This document shows positions 1 to 7,384 of a DNA stretch of 13,394 nucleotides, piece after piece (position 1 is the stretch's first letter; each line of letters begins with the position of its first letter). Source of the stretch: Acidobacteriota bacterium (GTDB lineage Bacteria; Acidobacteriota; UBA6911; JACQSX01); assembly GCA_036507075.1 (NCBI GenBank), contig DASXQR010000084.1, positions 1-13,394 on the forward strand. The letters run 5' to 3'. Below the pieces are notes generated by a model. It was not told where the DNA came from, did not search any database, and saw only the letters and a program-made list of their open reading frames with translations. The translations under genes and the position numbers were made by a program.

Positions 1-1
1 A

Positions 2-349
2 CTGACACAGACCGGCGCCGTCACGTCACTGCGTAAGCAACACAAGACGAAAGTTAGAGGAGTCCGCAAGAAGGGAGCCGCCTGGGAGGACGTATTCTTT
101 TACAGTATCACCGAACCTATCGGGCAAGCCGAAGGCGCAGACCTGCACACTATCTATTACGAAACCGAAGATAGCGCCTATAAAGACGTTGGCGACATCC
201 GCAACATGATAAGCGTAATTGAATATGAGAAGCAGTCGAATGGTATTGGCGTAAAACCCATTTTGGGAGAATTTGCCTTAAAGTACTACGTGGAAATCGT
301 GACCATTCACTCAGGGCAAGACAGGAAGATCACCGTGCGCAAAGTGTGA
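2..349 (+). CDS. 3' part of a hypothetical protein, truncated by the window edge
   Basis: Frame 2 is open from base 2 to TGA 347-349 (115 aa, LTQTGAVTSLRKQHK...YYVEIVTIHSGQDRKITVRKV*). Not in the ORF track because it lacks a start. No family recognised. Confidence 0.7.
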   Translation: MTQTGAVTSLRKQHKTKVRGVRKKGAAWEDVFFYSITEPIGQAEGADLHTIYYETEDSAYKDVGDIRNMISVIEYEKQSNGIGVKPILGEFALKYYVEIVTIHSGQDRKITVRKV

Positions 350-488
350 AGCAAAAAGTACCATGCCTCTGACGATGCAGCGACTTTGCGGAAGATTCTC
401 CGTGAAGAGCTTCGCAGGGCTGTGTGAATTTGAATACCAGGCTTACCTGCGTGATATTTTGGAATTGTTACAGCGGGTTGAGATCAAA

Positions 489-1388
489 GTGACTGACCTG
501 AAGCACGCTCTCAGGATGTTCGGAGCTCTAGCGGTTTTTTTTTGCGCAGTCACTGTGACTGCGCTGGCGTGGCAGAATCCTGATAGCGGCCGGGCATCGG
601 ATGAACCTGACTTCGAAGATTATCCCGTTAATGAGATCTTTCATGGCAAACCGGCACGCCCCGTTTTAGCGACCTCGTGGGCCAGGCAATTTCGCACTCG
701 AATTCGGGAAGGGGTTACGAAGGGATGGGGTGTCGATCACAACAGTAAAGAACGTGCGGGCCCGAATTTTGCCGGGCACTACTCGGTCATCACATGGGGC
801 TGTGGGGCAGGCTGCCTCAGAATGGTTATAGCCGACCTCCGCACCGGTCGACTTTACCCGCCTCCATTGTCCCAAACCAAGACAGGCGAAGGGCGCATCA
901 CTTTACCGCATGCGGTAGTTGGTCCGGTCCGTAGCGAATTTTATTTGGGCAGCGGCCTTTTCATAATGGAGGATTGTCCGAACGATTACGATCATCGAAA
1001 GCGAACCTGCGACGAGGGATATTTCGTCATGGATCGCGATCGATGGAGGTTGGTTCATCGGGTTAAAGGTGAGGCGCTTCCGGATTACCAGTATTTCTCG
1101 TTGCAATCAAACTGCCGGGACGCAAGCGTTACCCTTAGTCCCACGATCACTCCTGGTATGACTATAAAGCCGAATGCTGGATTGTATTTCATCAAAGGAG
1201 AGGCGGTTCGATTGGAAGCATTGGATGACGCCGGGCCGGGCTGCCGCTCACAGGGCGGCTCTCAGCGATTTTACAGATGGATCATCGACGGTGTCGCGTT
1301 TGCCGTTGGCCAGCGGGTTATCAAGATCACTGCAGACCGAGACATCAGAGCCTTTGCCGAATATCGACCGGCTGTCTCTGGTAGATGA
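489..1388 (+). CDS. Secreted hypothetical protein (GPNFAGHY...WGCG motif domain plus C-terminal divergent InlB B-repeat-like domain)
   Basis: ORF 363..1388. A hydrophobic signal-like stretch (MFGALAVFFCAVTVTALA|WQ) suggests a start at GTG 489 or ATG 516 rather than 363. FRTRIREG...GPNFAGHYSVITWGCGAGC is a motif I recognise from conserved hypothetical proteins. The C-terminus (GLYFIKGEAVRLEA...FYRW...ITADRDIRAFAEY) resembles an InlB B-repeat/Flg_new fold. Confidence 0.7.
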   Translation: MTDLKHALRMFGALAVFFCAVTVTALAWQNPDSGRASDEPDFEDYPVNEIFHGKPARPVLATSWARQFRTRIREGVTKGWGVDHNSKERAGPNFAGHYSVITWGCGAGCLRMVIADLRTGRLYPPPLSQTKTGEGRITLPHAVVGPVRSEFYLGSGLFIMEDCPNDYDHRKRTCDEGYFVMDRDRWRLVHRVKGEALPDYQYFSLQSNCRDASVTLSPTITPGMTIKPNAGLYFIKGEAVRLEALDDAGPGCRSQGGSQRFYRWIIDGVAFAVGQRVIKITADRDIRAFAEYRPAVSGR

Positions 1389-1447
1389 GTCCCCAACATG
1401 CCATGCCTCTCACCACAGTCCCCAACATGCCATGCCTCTCACCACAG
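1388..1447. repeat. Perfect tandem duplication of a 29-bp unit
   Basis: AGTCCCCAACATGCCATGCCTCTCACCAC at 1388-1416 and 1417-1445, followed by AG. Confidence 0.95.
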
Positions 1448-1720
1448 CGCACCGCAAGTAGCTGTCATTGTTGAATTCTCGCGTTGGCGAGTATGTTTTG
1501 TCCGCCCTTTGTCAGGTACCCTCGACTCGTCGGCCGACAGTGGGACCGCTGGAGCTCTCCAAAAGTCCGATGGCTGACAGGTAGCAAGGCATTGGGTCAA
1601 ACAGAGTTGCCGGCCGCACCTTCGGAACCTGGTTCGAGCTCGTCAGAATCAAAACAGAACTGTCGAAAGTAAATCTTCAACTGTGCCTGCTATTTACGCT
1701 TCTCTGTGGTGAGAGGCACG
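1431..1720. mobile_element. MITE/REPIN-like non-coding element with 45-bp imperfect terminal inverted repeats
   Basis: 1431-1475 and the reverse complement of 1676-1720 match at 35/45 positions, including a perfect 15-bp core TGCCTCTCACCACAG. It lies between convergent genes and has no transposase. The repeats are observed; mobility is inferred. Confidence 0.6.
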
Positions 1721-1765
1721 GTTTTCACTGGTGGTGAGAGGCACGGTTTTCACTTGGTTTTCACT
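1706..1765. repeat. Tandem duplication of a 24-bp unit plus a partial third copy
   Basis: GTGGTGAGAGGCACGGTTTTCACT at 1706-1729 and 1731-1754; GGTTTTCACT again at 1756-1765. Confidence 0.95.
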
Positions 1766-1821
1766 TTTCGTTTTCGGCGCGGTCGGACGTAACTGACCAG
1801 AATTGCGCCGATCTGATTCGT

Positions 1822-1847
1822 ATTTTTCTGTCAGGCATTTTTCTGTC
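1822..1847. repeat. Short direct repeat ATTTTTCTGTC x2 (REP-like intergenic motif)
   Basis: ATTTTTCTGTC at 1822-1832 and 1837-1847, just downstream of the sulfatase stop. Confidence 0.75.
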
Positions 1848-1863
1848 TCTTATTTTCCAATGT

Positions 1864-3336
1864 TCATAACTTCGGCTCAAGCTCAGGATGCGCCTTCGCC
1901 CATTTCAGATAATCGGCCACGGTGTAGAAAGCTTCGTGTGAATAGAGTCGTCCCTTGTCCTCAACCATCTCCGTCCAATCGTTGCTCCACGCATCGCCCG
2001 TGCGCTTCATCCACGCGCTCAATCGCTTCTCCATATCGCCACGGATCGGCGCGGCGGCCGGCTCATTGGCAAGGTTCTGTAACTCGTACGGGTCTTTTTC
2101 CAAATCGTAAAGCACCCAGGGCTGTTGCTGCGACCGCGCGTACATATACCGATTCGTGCGCACGCCGCGCCACCCGAACGTTGTGCCGTCGCCGTCATAT
2201 GGGCCGAAGATTTGAAAGTAAGCCGAATCCGGCATCCGTTTCCTTTGACCGAGAATGATGCGCGACAGGTCGGTTCCTTGCATGGTACGCGGTGCTTTCA
2301 CGCCGCACAGGCTGAGCAGCGTCGGCGCGAAATCTACATGTGTGAGCATGACATCCGATTTCTGTCCGGCTTTCACTCTACGCGGATAGCGCACGATGCC
2401 CGGCACGCGGATGGACTCTTCCCAGGGTTTGCGTTTCAGTGGCAGCCCCTGTGAACCGAGCATATCGCCGTGATCCGACGTCAGGACGACGATCGTGTCT
2501 TCGTCGAGCGTCAAATCTTTGAGCGCCTGCATCAAGCGTCCGACCTGATCGTCTACGGCGGTGATCTGCGCGTAATACGGGGCGATGTCCTGTCGGCTGC
2601 CCAACCGTGTGCCTTCTTTCCAGTTGGGGCGCATGGTCAGTTTCTGTGCATCGTACATTGCTTCATACTGCGGCGGCGCTTTGTACGGGTCGTGCGGCGG
2701 CCCCATGGCAATCATCAGGAAGAAGGGCTCTTCACCCTGCTGGCGCAGGAAATCAATGGCGATATCCGTCCAGCCTTCCGCTTCATATTTGCCCAGTTTG
2801 ATGGGCGTCTCATCGTCCCGGAAGTAATGATTATCGAAATGGCGATGCGAACATTCGTGTGCGGCCCAGAAGCCGAAGCCCTGACGTCGCTCGCCCGGCG
2901 GAACGTAACCCGGTTCACGCTTGCCGCCGTCCAGATGCCATTTGCCGATAAAGCCCGTGCGGTAGCCCACCCGTTTGAGCAGTTCGGCCAGCGTCGTTTC
3001 CGATTCCCGCAAGCGCAGGTCATTGGCCACCATGCCGTTCCTGTGCGCGTACTTGCCGGTCAGCAGGTTGGCGCGCGCCGGACAGCAGACTGGCGTGTTG
3101 GCGAAGGTCTGCTTGAACAGCAAGCCTTCCGCCGCGAGCCGGTCAATATTGGGCGTTTTCACTTCCGAATTGCCCAGGCAGCCGAGCGATTGCGCCCGCA
3201 ATTGATCAGGAAGGATAAAGAGGACGTTCGGGCGCCGTGTGCTGGTTTGCGGGGCAGTATGCCGCGCGCCGGTCGCGCTGAAGAACAGCAGCATAACCAG
3301 CCAGGCGATCCCACGCGCCGGTGTTCGTCTGTTCAT
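1864..3336 (-). CDS. Sulfatase (formylglycine-dependent S1 family), exported
   Basis: Motifs RPNVLFILPDQLR, CCPARANLLTG (CxPxR signature), GYRTGFIGKWHL, PPHDPY, TSDHGD and LYDLEKDPYE. Start moved to ATG 3336 because GGAG lies upstream and a signal peptide follows (MNRRTPARGIAWLVMLLFFSATGA). Confidence 0.95.
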   Translation of the reverse strand: MNRRTPARGIAWLVMLLFFSATGARHTAPQTSTRRPNVLFILPDQLRAQSLGCLGNSEVKTPNIDRLAAEGLLFKQTFANTPVCCPARANLLTGKYAHRNGMVANDLRLRESETTLAELLKRVGYRTGFIGKWHLDGGKREPGYVPPGERRQGFGFWAAHECSHRHFDNHYFRDDETPIKLGKYEAEGWTDIAIDFLRQQGEEPFFLMIAMGPPHDPYKAPPQYEAMYDAQKLTMRPNWKEGTRLGSRQDIAPYYAQITAVDDQVGRLMQALKDLTLDEDTIVVLTSDHGDMLGSQGLPLKRKPWEESIRVPGIVRYPRRVKAGQKSDVMLTHVDFAPTLLSLCGVKAPRTMQGTDLSRIILGQRKRMPDSAYFQIFGPYDGDGTTFGWRGVRTNRYMYARSQQQPWVLYDLEKDPYELQNLANEPAAAPIRGDMEKRLSAWMKRTGDAWSNDWTEMVEDKGRLYSHEAFYTVADYLKWAKAHPELEPKL

Positions 3337-3466
3337 GCGGGGACTCTCCATCGTAAACTGGCCCAGAGTTAATATCGGCCCCGAGTCCTTCGGATATCGC
3401 CTTCTGACGCCACGCAGTACTGTCAAAGGTGGTGACGTGAGCGAGTGGAATTCCTAAAGCGCGCTG

Positions 3467-3871
3467 TCAATAAGTGTCGATGCTGAGTCCTGGGATTCGC
3501 GAAAAGTGTCTGGCATTTCGTGTTACCAGTCGAGCCCCCGCCGACAGGGCGGATGTCGCAATCAGCAGATCCATGGTGGAGATTCGCTGCCCACTGCGCT
3601 CCAGGCCTGAAAGAAGCCTCCCATACAAAGGAGCAAAAGACTCATCTGGATAGTAAACCCTTAGTGCATCACACAGACGCTGTATCTTCACAAGTTCCTG
3701 GGAGGGGCTGGTCGAAAGCTCGGCGCCGGCGCACAGCTCGCATTGCACAAATATGCTGATTCCAAGCTCCTCCGATTCACGAGAGCTGAGAAATAGAATT
3801 GCCGCCCCCGTCTTGCGTGATTTTGTCTCTCGCAACAGGTCAACCAGGAAAGTCGTATCCAGGTGAATCAT
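3467..3871 (-). CDS. vapC: VapC-family PIN-domain toxin
   Basis: 134 aa with the PIN pattern LDTTFLVD, ISIFVQCEL, MDLLIATSAL and LVTRNARHF. ATGA overlap with the upstream antitoxin. Confidence 0.93.
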   Translation of the reverse strand: MIHLDTTFLVDLLRETKSRKTGAAILFLSSRESEELGISIFVQCELCAGAELSTSPSQELVKIQRLCDALRVYYPDESFAPLYGRLLSGLERSGQRISTMDLLIATSALSAGARLVTRNARHFSRIPGLSIDTY

Positions 3872-4101
3872 ATTCGCGCCGCCCTGGCTTTGTCTTCGCG
3901 TCTCGTTCTGACCTGCCTGTCGATGGCTTCGAGCGTCTCCTGTGCCACGTGGATCCGGCCGAGTGCTTCGCGAAGGCCTGCTGCCGTTCTTTTTGGTCCA
4001 AAGTGCTCCTTGATGACATCGGAAAACGACTGGCCGGACTTTTTATGCCGCGACAACAGATCATAAGCATCCAGATCGATGGTGATCGTCTTGACGGCCA
4101 T
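3868..4101 (-). CDS. vapB: VapB-type antitoxin (DUF217/COG1753-like)
   Basis: MAVKTITIDLDAYDLLSRHKKSGQSFSDVIKEHF fits the KTITI..EAY..L...K...SFSDVI pattern. 77 aa from ATG 4101; its stop overlaps the vapC start (3868-3871). Confidence 0.88.
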   Translation of the reverse strand: MAVKTITIDLDAYDLLSRHKKSGQSFSDVIKEHFGPKRTAAGLREALGRIHVAQETLEAIDRQVRTRREDKARAARI

Positions 4102-4136
4102 GCACTTATCATGCACTTACATGCGGCGGCGGTCAA
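4099..4136 (-). promoter_or_regulatory. Putative leaderless sigma70 promoter with direct-repeat operator for vapBC
   Basis: Minus strand reads TTGACC (4136-4131), 17 nt, CATGAT (4113-4108), 6 nt, ATG. TAAGTGCATG occurs twice (4119-4110, 4108-4099) over the -10 and start codon, with an extra GCATG at 4124-4120. Confidence 0.65.
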
Positions 4137-4220
4137 GAGGCAGATTCTGCGGCGGATTATATCTTGGGGGCCGGAAGTCACTCTTTGAGGCTTCGAGGCT
4201 TCACGGTGAGAGGAGTCTCG

Positions 4221-6869
4221 TCACTCGCATCTCAGCGCTGCCATTGGATCGACCTTCGTGGCTCGCCGGGCAGGAAAGTAGCTCGCACAGAATGCTACCG
4301 CTGCCAGCAGCGCAGAAACGACCGCAAACGTCACGGGATCGGCCGGACGAACATTATAAAGCAGCGTAGCCAGGAAGCGCGTAAGGACAGATGCAGCCAC
4401 GAGACCCAACGCGATACCGATCAACGCAACAAGCATCGCCTGGCGGCCGATGAGCTTCAAGACATCGCCGTGCTGGGCGCCGAGCGCCATCCGGAGACCT
4501 ATTTCGCCAGTGCGTTGCGTAACCGCATACGACATCACGCCGTAGATGCCGACCGCTGCCAGCAACACGGCGACTCCGGCAAAGATAGCCAGCAGCAGCG
4601 TGCTGGCGCGCCGCAAAGCCACCGAGTCGCCAAGCAGCTCCTCCATGGTGCGCACCGAATCCACCGGTTGATTCTTGTCGACCGACCAAATCGCTTGCCG
4701 GAAGGAACCGGCAAGTTGCATTGGATCGGTCGTCGTGCGAACGACCACGCTGAAGAACGGCCAGTATGACTGGTATGCGGGGCGGTAAATTTCGATGGGA
4801 GGATCCGTCGCCAACCCATAGTGGCGGACATCCCCGACCACTCCGACAATGCGTCGCTTCTCTGGTGTCAGCATGTCTGGAACACTGATGCTTTTCCCGA
4901 TCGGATCGTCATTGGGCCACAGCCGGCGCGCCAACCGCTCATTTATGATTATTACGCCGGGCGCCCCCATTCGATCACGGTTGTCAAAGAACCTGCCTTT
5001 TCGCAATGGGATTCCCATAGCTGGAAAGTAATCCGGGCTCACTAGACGGAATTGCGCAATGTTCGACTGTCCGGACAAGTCGGGTTGTTCGGGAACTGTA
5101 AAGGGGCGGCGCGCGTCATTGCCAGTTAAGGGCAATGTGCTGATCGCTCCTGCGGACTTGACCCCGGGCAATATCTGTAACCGAGCAAGTGCCTGTTCCA
5201 GAAAAGTGCTGATGGCAGCCGAGTCTGGATATCGATCCGGGGCCAGGACCAGAAAAGAAGTTAGAACGCGATCAGTCCGGAAACCCAAATTCTGCTCTTG
5301 CAGCCTCAGAAAGCTCCGGATGAGCAGCCCGGAGCCAACCAGGAGAATCAAGGAGAGCGCCACCTGGCAGACGATCAGCAGCGCGCGCAATCGGAGCGGA
5401 AGGCTCTGTAGGGCAGTTCGTCCTCCTGCAAACTTCAATACCTCTTGCGGCAGAACCGGAGCGCGAAGCGCCGGCACCGCACCGAAGACAATTCCAACAA
5501 GTGCTGCGACCAGAAGTGTAAAGATCAGCACCGGCCAATCAATCCAATTCGAAGCGCGCGTGGGCAAAGGAAGACTCGCGAACTGCGCCGAGAACATTCG
5601 AGGCAATATCTGGACTCCCCAGAATGCAATCAGCAGACCTCCGGTTGCTCCCAGCAACGCCAGGATCAGACCCTGCATTAAGAATTGACCGAAGAGATGT
5701 CCCTTGCGCGCTCCCAGCGCCAATCGAATCGCAACCTCGCGCTCCCGCGTCCCGGCCTGGGCCAGGAGCATATTGGCGACGTTCGCGCATGCGATCGCAA
5801 GCATGAACAACACGGCCACTTGCAGGATCCAAAGTGCGTCCCTGAGATTCCCTACATAAAGATTGCGAATTGGCTCGAGCTGTATACCCCATCGCCGGTT
5901 GGTTTCGGGATACTCCTGCGCCAGTCCGGCAGCCATTGCGTCCATCTCATGTTGTGCATGCGCCAGACTCACGCCCGGTTTGAGGCGCGCCAGCACATGC
6001 AGAATGTGAAGCTTCCGGTTCTGCAGCCAGTTGGGAAGAAGTACCAGTGGAGTCCATAGATCGACGAAAGTGCCAGGATGGGCGAAAGCCGGCGGCATGA
6101 CGCCGACAATCATATAAGGAGTTCCGTTCAGGTGAATGGGACGGCCTACGACACCACGATCCGACGCGAACCGGTTCTGCCAGAGACGGTGGCTCAGGAT
6201 GACAACCCGGTCGTTGCCGGGTGTTCCGTCTTCGGGCAAGAAAGTGCGTCCGAGAAATGGCTGCGTGCCCAGCAACCGGAACAAATTGATCGAAAACTGA
6301 AAACCGACCACACTTTGCGGATTCCCCGCTCCAGTCAGCGTGTACGGTTCATCCATGGAGTAAGCCAATTCCTCGAAGACTTGGTTGCGAGCCTGCCAGT
6401 CACTGAAGTCCGCGCAGGTGACCTTGTCCTTTTGCCGGCGCTCGAGATTCAGCTGCCACACCGCGACGAGCCGATCCGGCTCGCTATAAGGCAAAGAACG
6501 CAACAGGACCGTATGCAGGACACTGAAAATTGCGGTATTGGCCCCGATGGCCAGGGTGAGGGTTAGGACAACCGCAGCGGTCATGCCGGGATTCCGCGCC
6601 AACATTCGCAAGCTATAACGCAACTCTCGTAAAACAGCCTCGATCATGGGCAGTCCCCTCTGTTTCCGGTAAATTTCCTTTACCTGCTCGACTCCGCCAA
6701 AGCTGCGCAACGCCGCGCAGCGCGCTTGCTGCGGCGACATTCCCCGACGCTGATTCAGCTCCGACTGCATTTCTACATGTGAACGGAGTTCTTCATCCAG
6801 TTCCCGTTCCAGTCGTCCTTTCCGGAACAGCGAGATCAATCGTAGAACCACCACTCGCAACCAGATCAT
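4221..6869 (-). CDS. ABC transporter permease, ADOP family (duplicated MacB-PCD/FtsX)
   Basis: N-terminal ERELDEELRSHVEM...ALRSFGG prefix, LAIGANTAIFSV, IACANVANMLLA, REVAIRLALGA, EIGLRMALGAQ and C-terminal PARRATKVDPMAALRCE. ATG 6869 is preceded by GAGGT; 882 aa. Confidence 0.95.
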   Translation of the reverse strand: MIWLRVVVLRLISLFRKGRLERELDEELRSHVEMQSELNQRRGMSPQQARCAALRSFGGVEQVKEIYRKQRGLPMIEAVLRELRYSLRMLARNPGMTAAVVLTLTLAIGANTAIFSVLHTVLLRSLPYSEPDRLVAVWQLNLERRQKDKVTCADFSDWQARNQVFEELAYSMDEPYTLTGAGNPQSVVGFQFSINLFRLLGTQPFLGRTFLPEDGTPGNDRVVILSHRLWQNRFASDRGVVGRPIHLNGTPYMIVGVMPPAFAHPGTFVDLWTPLVLLPNWLQNRKLHILHVLARLKPGVSLAHAQHEMDAMAAGLAQEYPETNRRWGIQLEPIRNLYVGNLRDALWILQVAVLFMLAIACANVANMLLAQAGTREREVAIRLALGARKGHLFGQFLMQGLILALLGATGGLLIAFWGVQILPRMFSAQFASLPLPTRASNWIDWPVLIFTLLVAALVGIVFGAVPALRAPVLPQEVLKFAGGRTALQSLPLRLRALLIVCQVALSLILLVGSGLLIRSFLRLQEQNLGFRTDRVLTSFLVLAPDRYPDSAAISTFLEQALARLQILPGVKSAGAISTLPLTGNDARRPFTVPEQPDLSGQSNIAQFRLVSPDYFPAMGIPLRKGRFFDNRDRMGAPGVIIINERLARRLWPNDDPIGKSISVPDMLTPEKRRIVGVVGDVRHYGLATDPPIEIYRPAYQSYWPFFSVVVRTTTDPMQLAGSFRQAIWSVDKNQPVDSVRTMEELLGDSVALRRASTLLLAIFAGVAVLLAAVGIYGVMSYAVTQRTGEIGLRMALGAQHGDVLKLIGRQAMLVALIGIALGLVAASVLTRFLATLLYNVRPADPVTFAVVSALLAAVAFCASYFPARRATKVDPMAALRCE

Positions 6870-6944
6870 AATTACCTCGACGACTAGATTCCTCTTCCAC
6901 CGAAGGGGTGTAAGAACAACCGCAATTGCGAGCCGCACTCCAAA

Positions 6945-7289
6945 TCAGGCTTCGTCGGCGCCGTGCAATAAGCGAGTGATAATGCCGACCATCCGCTCCC
7001 AGCTCTCGGCTCGCTCCCCAAGCTGTTTGCGGCCGGATTTGGTAAGTGAATAGTAGCGTGCGCGCCGGTTGTTGTCGGACACACCCCACTTAGACTTGAT
7101 CCAACCTCGCTGTTCCAGGCGCAGCAATGCCGGGTAAAGCGTTCCCTGATTGAGAGAGAGCAAATCTCCGGAAACCTGCTCGATCCGGCGGGCGATCCCA
7201 AACCCGTGCTGCGGCCCCAAAGTATCGAGTGTTTTCAACACCAGCAGGTCCAGCGTCCCGCGCAGGATGTCTTCTTTTTCCTTTGTCAT
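6945..7289 (-). CDS. PadR-family transcriptional regulator (acidobacterial type)
   Basis: DILRGTLDLLVLKTL...HGFGIARRIEQVS...NQGTLYPALLRLEQRGWI...NNRRARYYSLT. 114 aa from ATG 7289, directly upstream of the ADOP permease. Confidence 0.95.
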   Translation of the reverse strand: MTKEKEDILRGTLDLLVLKTLDTLGPQHGFGIARRIEQVSGDLLSLNQGTLYPALLRLEQRGWIKSKWGVSDNNRRARYYSLTKSGRKQLGERAESWERMVGIITRLLHGADEA

Positions 7290-7302
7290 GATAGTACCGA
7301 TC

Positions 7303-7357
7303 TCCTGTGGAAATCCGACAGGAAGTATCGGACGGCTATTGTTGAAAGTCAACAGGA
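7303..7357 (-). promoter_or_regulatory. Putative padR promoter with two related palindromic operator boxes
   Basis: Box 1 is TCCTGT-N9-ACAGGA (7303-7323) and box 2 is TGTTGA-N3-TCAACA (7340-7354). The boxes align with each other (CCTGTGGAAATCCGACAGG vs ATTGTTGAAAGTCAACAGG). Minus strand has TTGACT (7352-7347), 17 nt, GATACT (7329-7324). Confidence 0.6.
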
Positions 7358-7384
7358 GATTTTCTATGGCTGACCCCTGCCTTT

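Noticed and set aside
363..488. ATG 363 as the start of the secreted protein
   Set aside because: It would place the signal-like hydrophobic segment about 50 residues inside the protein; 489 or 516 fits better.
1174..1672. Short ORFs 1174..1461 and 1484..1672
   Set aside because: They overlap a real gene or lie inside the repeat element, with no recognisable motifs.
1388..1765. 29-bp and 24-bp repeats as a CRISPR array
   Set aside because: Only two copies each, directly adjacent with no spacers, and no cas genes in the window.
2470..3372. 300-aa + strand ORF and other ORFs overlapping the sulfatase
   Set aside because: Antisense shadows of a well-supported GC-rich gene.
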